Positions 54,126 through 64,000 of a stretch of DNA of 64,000 bases are shown piece by piece. A program made the position numbers and the translations under genes. The notes under the pieces were generated by a model. The model ran no database searches, was not told the DNA's origin, and saw nothing but the letters and a program-made list of their open reading frames with translations. Every line of letters starts with the position of its first letter. The first letter of the stretch is position 1. Source of the DNA: Klebsormidium nitens (taxonomy: Eukaryota; Plantae; Klebsormidiophyceae); contig DF237162.1 in the NCBI GenBank assembly GCA_000708835.1, positions 62,001 through 126,000 on the forward strand, in the 5' to 3' direction.

Positions 54126-54969
54126 GCCTGATCTGCGCTTGCAAGGGTTAGTGGAACCAAGGAGGGTTTCCGATAAGCAAGCAATGACAAAGAAGCAGCA
54201 TGCAGTACACGAGATAATATGACAGCAGTGATGGCAAGCAATGACAAAGCAAAGCAATTGTCGATAGTGAGCAAGCGAGCGCAAGAGGAGGGGTGGATAT
54301 CCTGGCAGCAGCCAACCAACGTCTGCGCAGAGAGACTGCAGAAGCAAGCGTAAGCAGCGAGCAGAGCGCAACAGCACAGGTGATCAATCGCAAATCTCTA
54401 TCAGCAGTGAAAAATTTGTGGTCAAGTGAGTTTTGTTGGTGGCCTTTTGAGCTTGATTCACACAACAAACTGGGCAATGCAGGCATCCATCATGCTGACG
54501 TCATGCGGGGCTGCTTCCCGAGCAATTCGGGTAGAAAAGTGTCGGTTAGGACTACTCTTGAACGGCTCAACTTGCGTCTCTTTCCAAGATCGACGGTGCC
54601 GATGTGGCGGTTGCAACCTAACCATTGCCGCCAATATCGGTAACGGCTTGGCAGAAGCTTGTCAAGGTAAGACTGTGGTTCTTTCGATTAGGCTCTGTCT
54701 AGTTTCTAGCCAGCACAAAGATCCTTGGAAGTTGGGCTGTATCTTGTCAATGTTTTGCTGATCATGCTCGTTCAACCTCGTTGCTTGCTGAGCTCCCAAC
54801 TTTCTCGCTGAATTGTTGACAATCAGTTGACATCAGTTGACCTTCTGTCAGCTTTGCGATTGGAGGAGAGGCCTGGGAAGAAGGTGAGGTTCACTCAAAT
54901 GAGGGGCGGTCAGGCAATTGCCCAAGACACTCGCAGCATTGCATGCTGTGTTTCTTTGAGCGTCCTTCA

Positions 54970-57900
54970 ATGGCGGCCATGTCTTCAGCTCAGTGGATCA
55001 GCACTCTTCAGGCGCAGCACGAAAAAATTGAGCGCAGTGCCGACGACCCGGCAGCCCTAACGGAGGCGTTCATCGCTGTGGCAGAATGCATGGAACACTA
55101 CTTTCTGACAAGCAACGAGGAAGTGCAGAGCTCAGATATCCAAGCGTCAATGGCCAAATTTGCTTGGGCCTGGGTAGAGCTGCCTCAGTTCCCAGTTCGT
55201 AAGCTGCTTCCAGCTGCAGCGAAGGCGCTACAGCGTTTCCCCCAGCACAGGGGCCTTGCTTTGGCAATTGCGGACTGGTGCAAAGATGTCTGCACCCAAA
55301 ACGTGCAGGCAAAGATGGAGGCGATGCAATGTGGTATGCTACAGGGCCTCTGCTTGGCGGCGGGTCATCTGGCACTATGTGAAGAGTTCAGGGAGGATGA
55401 GTATCTTCTGGCGGGATGCATCTTTGAAGCGCTTCGGAAAGCTGCAGAGCCCCCTGGGGTTGCATTTTACTCCCGGCCGCTAGCGGTGAAAAATGAGTTC
55501 TACTCCGTGGCGACAAACACGTGGGGTGCAGTCCAGCTAGACAGCGCCGTGTTAGCGGCCTTGGTGAAGCGTGGAGACTTTAAAGACTTTGGGGCGGTGA
55601 ATCACGCGCTTCTGCTGACGACTTACTTCGTTCAAAGATACTCCAGAGCAATGGTGCATGACAAACGCCGCCATGAGGGGATTGTGGAGCACTACCTGGA
55701 AGTGGTCAAGACTTTGGGGGAGGCTTTCAACTTTCAGTTCCCAAAGTTGGCAGGCAATGAAGCTTTCCAGAGGTAAGCTCCATTATGCTTTATGCTGGCT
55801 GCACCCATATCCAATTTCTGCAAACAAAGAGTTCAAAGAGGAAAGATTGATTCCTTGGGGACACGAGGCATCTTCAGCGCATTAACCTGAACCTTCTACT
55901 GTCGGCCAGCCAACATTTGTATTTCCTTTTGGGTAACATTCTTAGTTGTGGGCTCCCGCAAACCTCATGAACCTGTCATCCGAGGGCTTCTTTGTTACTT
56001 TTGACAGTGGACGTCCTCCTTTGCAGCATGTACAAGCCTCACCAAATGCAAGTGATCGTGATGCATCATTCTCCCCAATAATGTTTGCTAACCACTCTGT
56101 GTGTCTACTTTTTGAACCAAGTGCTTAACTTCACATAGGACGTTGGCCTGGTCACCTTGTTGTGCCTTCATTGTCTGCTCCATTGTTTGGGGACGATCAC
56201 CGATGCCTTCCTCCATCTCTCACTGCACTAGGTCTTGCTTGGTCTAAAGCAGACAGTTTGCATATCTTCGTGCAGGTACTTCAAGCGAACGTTCGAGGAG
56301 GCGAGTCGCTTAGACTTCCAATATGAAGACTACATCGATCAATTTGACGAGATCCTCTTGATGCACAAGCGGACCTTCAGTGCTTCCCAGGTCCCATATG
56401 ATCACAGGTACTGCAAAACCCAGCTTGTTTTTTTTAAAAACGTGGTTTAGTGGTTGCTGGAATCAGCCCAGTGGCTGCTGTTGTCATGTTCAACCTCTGA
56501 CAAATCAATGAAAGCTGCAGACTCTTGAAACCTGAGGATCTTTGTAGTCATGTGACAGACTCGACTAAGAACCTCTCAAGGGGCACTCGATGGCCAGTGT
56601 TTGGGTTACTATTCAATCGGACATCAAGCAAGGCCACAGGACCCGCTCTTTCTTTTGCGATACTGCCAGGAATCATCCGAATGGACTCGTAGAGGCTCAA
56701 GTCGGTATGGGGTTCGCTAGATCTTAATGCCCAACTGAAACAGGTCTTGCTCATCTGCAATGTTTTCCCTCCAGGAACCCGTGCTTGCCGCCTGCCCGCA
56801 ACAGGCAATGCTTCTCGGACTTCAGATACGTGAGCGAAAGGCAGACCTCGCAGGACATCCACCAGAACTGGGGCATCCGGTTATCCGAAAGAAGAAACGT
56901 CTTAAAGATTGCGCGCAAGTATGCCGCCGCCGGCGCTGATGCAGGCGCCGGCAGCGTCGCACCAGGTGGGCATCGGGACACTAGCCCATGGCACCCTCGC
57001 ATTCAGTTGATGCTTATACTTCGTAAATGTTTCGATATGACCTCGTCAATGGTTGGTCCAAAGGATGGTTTCATAGAGGGTTCGAGTTGGGCGAATCTGA
57101 CTCACTTTGCTTACGCCCTCCTGGAGACGTCGAAAATGAACTCCGGCTCGCTCTGGTGCTATGATTCTTGACTTCCATTAACCTATAACCAATGTCGGTT
57201 GCAGCGTTTGATAGCCTTCCTGCGCTGCCCTTCCTCTTGATCACCTCTGAATCCATACGCCAGTTTCTGACAAACCCAAACAACTTGTCCGTTTGACTTC
57301 CGTCCATCGATTTCTCAGGGCGTTGCAATCAGTGGATGTAAAAACGCAAATCTGCGGACCTGCCTTCGTAAGATAGGTACGGCCGGTCAGGTCTCGTTCA
57401 TCTGCAACAAGTCACCGAATGTGCGGGCTGCTTATATCATTCAGATCCATCGAGACGCTGATTCTGCCAACCTAGACCAACCTATCACCTCGGCAATTGC
57501 CCGGAAAGCGTTGCAGGCCACCAAGGAAAAAAAATCAGTCTTCACTTCCGCCTCGTTTCCAGGTGCGTTCGCCAACGCCGATATTGGAGAGAAGAGTCGC
57601 GCAAACAAGGCTTCTGCTTCCATGCGGGAGTGTGGAGACAAGACCCGGACCTGCGCAAATTGCTCTAGGGTACAGGAGGAGCGCACCCCAGCAGAGCTCG
57701 TTTTCCAGAAGTGCTCGCGGTGCAAGGCCGCATACTACTGCGGACGCGAGGTGCGATTCGGTCACTCACCACGTGGCTATTTACTTCTGTCGTTAAGCAT
57801 TGTAGAACTTGAGAGGCGATGCCCCTGGCTAAGGAACAACGAGTTGACCTTCTCCTTGCTGTAGGGCCAAGTGTGTGCTTCGATCGCCCCTTTTGGGACA

Positions 57901-58220
57901 TCCAAGATTCAGGCACCCGAAGACTGCATGGTTGCGAAAAAGCGCGGTACACACGGTTCACTTATATAATTACGCTGACCCACAGTCGTTTCAACCTCTT
58001 ACAGCTCAAAGGACTCGGACTCGGCTGGGTGCGTATTTTGATTGATGGAGAGGAGTTCGACACTCAGTTCCGAGCGCGCATCATATGCGATGAATTGATT
58101 CGTTTCCGTCAGTGTCTCCAAGACAATGTGTTTCCGTTCCTGCAGTGTCAAAAGGGTCATTGGAAGGAGCATAAGCTTGTGTGCGCACCTCGGCACTTCG
58201 CTTCCCAAACCTGCTCATAG
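54970..58220 (+). CDS. MYND-type zinc finger protein with long uncharacterised helical N-terminal region
   Basis: Exons 54970-55772, 56276-56390, 56775-56829, uncertain exon(s) ~57075-57150, ~57445-57750, and 58146-58220. The MYND motif CANC..KCSRCKAAYYCGRE|CQKGHWKEHKLVC is split by a phase-0 intron. Confidence 0.8.
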
Positions 58221-59212
58221 GAAAGTCAATAGTTCAGTTGATCAAAAGACCGATCACTGCTAGGGTGGCAAGGCTGTTCTGCATAAGCTCGGACCTGAGA
58301 ATCGTTGTAAAGTAATGAAACGCGTTAGACATGTACATAAATTGAATCGTTGGTAGATATGTACATGGTAGCTACTTTGATACCCAAGAATGTCGGAGCA
58401 CACGTACGGGTCATTTCGAGGACATTGCATGGAGCACATCGCACGAAGTCAACCAAGAGGAAAATGTTTGTGTAGCAGACAGACCGGAGTAGTAATCAAA
58501 GTCTGATCGATTATAGTCCGGCACATTTAAGATGCCATGCTTCGTCCCGGGAACTGCGTCTTGTCTGCAAAGGGAGGGTCAGCTCATCTCGTCGAGTGAG
58601 TATGTTTGCGAGTACTCTCCTGAGCTCTTTATGAAAAGATCATATGCACATGATGAGGTTCCAGAGCCTGCGTAAGCGGAGGCTACTGACGATTGCATGG
58701 TGCGCTTTGGAATGCACGGTATGAGATCTTACTAATCAATTCGTTGCATCACCCAAAAGTTGTACCAAAAGTCTCGCTACATGCCAGCATGATCCCAAAA
58801 ACCATTGCGCGCTTGGGCATTTTTCTGTATCATACTTTTTCCCCCCTTTATTCTAGTACATGACATACATTGAATGCAGCTAATATTTAACATCGCTGCA
58901 CGTGCGGATCAGCCCATATGCTTGCAAGCATATACAGTGATCATGAGTAGTAGTAAGTTGAGTCCTGAGCACGTACTAAAAGTTACGTCTTCAGCATTTC
59001 TATGCACTGAAGCTATCATAGTTATGCGTGTATACATACAAAGCCACTGGCAGCTGCTAGAACACGCTTTGAAGGCTCCCGCCTCTAAGTACATGTGACT
59101 TTGGCGGAAGGGGGATCCCCTTGGACATACACCGTCCTGGCCGCGCGCGTGGCCTGGCGCGTGGCCAACTAACCATCTGAATTCCGGCATAAAACCGGCC
59201 AATGTCGGGGCG

Positions 59213-59492
59213 CCACGTGTCCCCCCTTCCGTCTACCCGAAATTCCGCTACGGGTCTGTCCCGACCGGGTCAGTTCCCGAGTGGGTCAGTCCGCGCCAAA
59301 TTCGGGCCCATACGTTGCAGTACGTATGCTCGTATCCTCGGGACACGTGGACACATGCCGGATCCGACCGTCGCATTGCACCACGTGGAACCTATTTTTT
59401 GAAACACTGCAACTTTAAGCGTATACGTAGACGCATCTGAGGTCCCTGACTGTCCCGAAGCTGCGCGGGACAGTGGGCAGCGGGCCTATAAA
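59213..59492 (+). promoter_or_regulatory. Putative promoter: three G-box/ABRE-like CACGTG elements and a TATA box
   Basis: CACGTG at 59214-59219, 59344-59349 and 59382-59387; cctataaat with TATAAA at 59487-59492; ATG at 59710. The first two G-boxes lie in an 11-bp inverted repeat (ccacgtgtccc / gggacacgtgg). Confidence 0.5.
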
Positions 59493-59709
59493 TTCTAAAT
59501 CTTCGATCAATTTCCAACACGACAAGCACAACCAGCCCCCGACCAAGCCGCCTCCAGTGAAGCGCCGACCAGCCCAACCGTGCAATCAACAGCCTAATTC
59601 TAAAACAGCGACAGTATCCTCATAGGGCTCAAATTGTGAATAGAAGCCGGCCTCAACAAGTTCCCGGAAAGCGGCTAACGTTCACAAGCTTCAAGTTGCT
59701 AGCAAGACC

Positions 59710-62700
59710 ATGACGAGCACGGAACGGAACTCGGACGCGGAGGCATCGGAGGCAGTTGTAGACTGGAACATCGAGTCAGAGCCAGATAGCGCATCCGAAG
59801 CAAGAGATGGCGAGAGCTTAGAAAGGATAGAATATGAAGACAGGTCGGTCGATGTCACCAACTCTGCTGCCTCTCTTGAGGATTTTCTGGATGACGCTGA
59901 CTCGAGCGATTGTGGGCAGTCCACAATGTTCTATGCGGCGCTTGACAATGCGCGGCGGGTACAGGTCAGTACTGTAACCGAACGTTTGCAGCTTAGTTTG
60001 TCAAATTAGCAAGGTGCAGCTTGGCTTAGCATTGGAATCAGCCTTCATGTAGCAATCTGTTGTGCATTGTCATACATTCTGAGCGCGTGCAGCAGCAAAA
60101 ACACTGATGTGAGCTAAGAATTGACTAGAAGAATGGGGCTTTTTTGGGATGCCATCTATTGTCTTGCTTTTGCAATCTGTGTCTTACCTAAATGCTGTAA
60201 CGCGCTCTTGCCAGCAGAAGTGACATCAAGACGAGTGCCTCAATGTAGATGCTGTTACCACGGGCAAAATGTAACAGCTAGACATAGACGGTCCAGGCTG
60301 GTTCAGCAGCTGTGCGATCAGAATTTTTCAACGATGCCCCCAGCATCGTAGCTGCCCATATCCTTACAAAAATTTGCTACTCCGCTTGTCGAATTTTGCA
60401 GACTGACTCGGCGGATTTGCTTAACGGCAAAAGGAACTTCCGCATCGCAAGAAAAAAGAGAAGCCGCAACAATGACGAGGGTGACGATGGCGCAGAGCTC
60501 GCAAAGAGAATATCAGAACAGAAAGATGATGGGACCTTACGGAAAGCTGCTGATAGCAATGCAGAGGTATGCTCACAAGCGACGAAGAACGAGTTGACTT
60601 CTTTGAGCGTCAGGCTCCGTAAAAGACGGAAGACGCGCCAGGTTATACTCTCCCACAGCTCGGACGATACAACTCTAGAAACCCTTCTTGAAATTTGACA
60701 TGTGTTTGAGAAACATCATATGCGTTGCATTCCACTCGCTCTGGGGCTTGTCTGAGCTTGTCCAAGCTGTCCAAAGTCTAGCATAAAGTAATTTTCATTG
60801 CCTGCATGTTGACGTCATCACTTTTTGCATTGTAGCTGACTGCCTCGACCCAATCCAAGTGTGTCCGAGCTGTCCAAGCACTGTATAAAAAAAGCACTGT
60901 CGCTCAAATCCAAGCTGGATGTCAGCAGTCTTTTGTCGCTTCTAGCTAATTGCACAGTCTGTTGCTTGCGCAGCCTCCTCTGGTGCGTTGTTGCCGGGTA
61001 AAACTGTCAGCGCCGAGTCAGGAAGCGGAAGCTGGAGAGGAAGCAAACGAGTTGGGCTCCGAGGATGGGGGTCAACCTGCCGAGTCAAATGACCGGGATG
61101 ACGTTTGTACTGACGACGGTGACGACCCTACTTGGGATTTGGCCTGGGACGATGACTGTGATTGGGAGGAATTGCGCGCGTACTTCAGCGTCTGCCGCAT
61201 AGACCTCCATGTTGGGGGCAATTGCAGGGTTCCTGCGTCTCCGGTGTGCTCACTCTCAAATCTAAGCCCCTTCCATTCTGCTTCTTGACAGTGCTTTTGC
61301 CAAGTTGCCTTCATGAGTACAAACCCTCGATAAGTTTGTACCCATCATGTTTCATACTTGAAGCTTGAAGGAGGAACATTGTGTTGCACTGGACTCGGCC
61401 ATTTTTTGATCTGGAACCACGTGTTATGGTACAAAGTAAGTGAAGGAAACAGAGAGAAGTTGGAATACGAGTGTCCTTGCCATTTGGCTCAACAATCTGT
61501 CCTGGCAATCCGATTCAAGTGTGTGTGACTGGGGTGGCACTCTGGCGCTAACTTTCAAATCGAATGTTCATTCAAATTTCACGGACAATAAAATTCTGCA
61601 GTTTTGATATTGTCCCAATTTTTGTGTTGGTTGAGAACTCGCCCGGGGCCCAGTGCTTTTTTTCCTGACCGGCTGCATTCGTGGTCGTTAGAGTCTGCCA
61701 GTTGGACGTCGTTTTCATTGTAGAGCCTGGATGCTTGCACTGCCAAGATTATCAGCAGTACGTTTTTAGAGCTTCAGGCTTCGGAACTCTTCGCTTGGTG
61801 GTTTCACAAGATTGTTCTGACGTCACTCGAAAGCAGTTCGAGTTCTTTGATAAAAGCTTGGACATTCGGACAACCAGCCATACGTAAGATAACGGTTCTG
61901 GGGGTTTGTCCAAATGTTTAGGGTGTGACGAAATATTTGCGTGGTTGTGGTTGCTAACATCATGTCAGACTGGAACCTTCTGCAGCTTGCGATCTGAACA
62001 AGCTAGGGGAATCGAAGTGGGAGATCGATCAAGGTCTAGCGAGGAGTCTCTTCGTAGGCATCAAGACTGGGCGGCTCTTCTTTGTGTATGGTTTGTCCAA
62101 TTACCGCCCCAGCAGCCAATCTTGTAAGAATTGAGGTCCTTTCCTGAGGTCCTTTTCTTGCAGGTACCAAGCCCAGTGGGCGGGGCCCCGGCGCAGTCAA
62201 GGGCTGAGCCGACGCCGCCAATCGACCCCATCCTGGCTGCTGCTCATTACTTCCACGGCCTTGGCGTAGTAACCGTCACTCACGACCTTCAGGAAAAGCT
62301 GCAAAAGAACGGCAAAGTCTGCAAAGCCCCCTCTCACTGGGCGTCCCCCAAATCCTGGAAAGAGGCAAACCTCAGCAACTGCCTTTCCGAATTTGCCAAG
62401 CCGGGGCGCAACTCTATTGCCATCATTACAGAGGTGTCAGACATCTATGCTCTTGATGTGGATGTGAAGGACGTCGGCTTTAAAGCGCTCGAGCAGATAC
62501 TCAAAGAGCACGGGGGTTTCTTAGAAGACACGCCCCGCCTAACCACCGGGAATGGAGGGCTACATATACTCTTTTCTCTCTCTCAGTCCGAGCAGGCCGG
62601 CCTGCGCAACTGCTGCAATAGAGCCCGAATTTGCTACAAGGGTCAAGCAGTGGGCATCGATGTGCGCGGAAAAGGGGGGATGCTGTACACTGCACCCAGC

Positions 62701-64000
62701 AGCTATGCGGCTCTTGATGGCACGCTGCGGCGCTACGAGTGGGACCAGGAGATCTTGCCTGATCGCTCCAATCTTAGAGCGGTGCCAGAGTGGCTCGTCT
62801 CCATCCTGAACAACGACAGCGAGGCAACAAGCGGGGGTGTCAAGGTACCTCGGGAGGGGGGCAAAGCCAGGTACGTTATTTTGCCTAAGTGCTTCATATG
62901 CCATTCGAGCTGTCCAAGCTGTCCGAATTGTCCAAGCTTTAGAACAAAGTTTTTGATTGCAATTTGATGATGTCATCAAGCCACTGTTGTAAGTGCTTCA
63001 ATTGAGTGCACAGCTCGGCCCAGTCAGTTGGACGATCTGTCCAGTGTGAGAGACAACGTTTTAGAACTCAGGTTCGGTGTTCGCAAAGCAAAGTTGGCCA
63101 TGACACACCTGAGCTGTTCAACCCGTACGCTATAAATGTGACACGACGACACACTATTGAGATCCTTTGACGGAAAGCAGGGAAACTTTGAAACGCTTGC
63201 ATACCTCTGTGTCTCTCCCTCTCGTTATATGATTACTTGCTTCCACCGGGATGTCTGAGCTGTCTCATCCCACTTATCTTCACTCTCTTTGAATTTTGAC
63301 TGCACATGCTGTCTTACAAAGTTGATCTTTGAAACGCTCGCATACATGTGTGTCTCTCCCTCTCGTTATATGATTATTTGCTTCCACCGGGATGCCTGAG
63401 CTGTCTCATCTCACTTGTCGTCACTCTCTTTGAATTCTGACTGCACATGCTGTCTTACAAAGTTGATCGATTCTAAGGCTTGAGAGAATCATGTAACTGG
63501 GTTCCAATCAGCATTCACTCTTTCGAATTCTGCAGCGAGTCGCATGCTACATCATTTGGACCTCCTCGCGAGCTTGAAGAGTCTCAGCAGACCCCCCCAG
63601 CAGCAGTCTTGGAGCGCGTCAAAGCTTGCGTGGCGGCTACTGGTGACAACACCTCCCGCTTTGATCGCCTCAAGGTGGGCGTCTCCGGGCCAATGTACGT
63701 GTTCCGAGTGGACGGCCCTCGACGCTGCCCATACGGCAATCACCACGACGGCTTCAACAACTTTAGCGTGTTGGTACGCAAGAGGAACCTGCTCTATTGC
63801 TGCAATAGCTCGGAGTGCCAGGGTGTCCGTCCTTTACTAAAGATTGGAGAGCTCACGCGCCCAGAGGCCATGGCCGGCGGCGAGACCCAAGCTTTTCGTG
63901 CCGACCACGTCACTGCAATAAACGCCCTGCACAAGAGCTTCGTTGATCACTGGGCTTTTGAGGGCGATGTTGGCGGCAGCAAAATTGTTGCTGAGATGTA
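59710..64000 (+). CDS. Spliced gene encoding a Prim-Pol (bifunctional primase-polymerase, AEP) domain followed by a Cys/His Zn-binding module; D5-like primase(-helicase), truncated at window end
   Basis: Exons 59710-59964, 60402-60566, 60974-~6120x, possible exons ~61724-61886 and ~61986-62083, then 62164-62870 and 63536-64000+ (AG|C phase-2 join; the last frame is open to the end and absent from the ORF track). AEP motifs: IAIITEVSDIYALDVDVKD (DxD), TPRLTTGNGGLHILF (motif II His), IDVRGKGGMLYTAPSSY. Zn module: RRCPYGNHHDGFNNF...YCCNSSEC. Confidence 0.8.
63186..63467 (+). repeat. 141-bp tandem duplication in the last visible intron of the primase gene
   Basis: ctttgaaacgct...gtcttacaaagttgat at 63186-63326 and 63327-63467, differing by a handful of substitutions. 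Confidence 0.95.

Overview
This is eukaryotic nuclear DNA with GT-AG spliceosomal introns and plant-type genes. Gene content and style suggest a streptophyte alga such as Klebsormidium, but that is inference. I reconstructed about 13 protein-coding genes by hand from splice sites and conserved motifs: the last exon of an unknown membrane protein, a cysteine-synthase-like PLP enzyme with a ~480-aa insertion, an unknown thylakoid-type protein, a PAP/fibrillin, a beta-amylase, a PsaN-domain (At1g49975-type) protein, a TauD/clavaminate-synthase-like 2OG dioxygenase, a plastid acyl carrier protein, glyoxalase I, proteasome alpha-2, CDC20, a MYND-finger protein, and an intron-containing Prim-Pol/Zn-finger (D5-like primase) gene truncated by the window end. 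The window has three N gaps and no supportable rRNA, tRNA or CRISPR array. Main observations: (1) a spliced, virus/plasmid-type primase gene whose introns carry a locus-specific 9-bp iterated motif; (2) decayed tandem copies of a 3' splice site plus exon start lying upstream of the functional acceptor in six genes; (3) CATG/TGCA palindrome-rich tracts downstream of gene 3' ends; (4) seven consecutive genes with apparent plastid-targeting N-termini; (5) a ~360-bp element with terminal inverted repeats.
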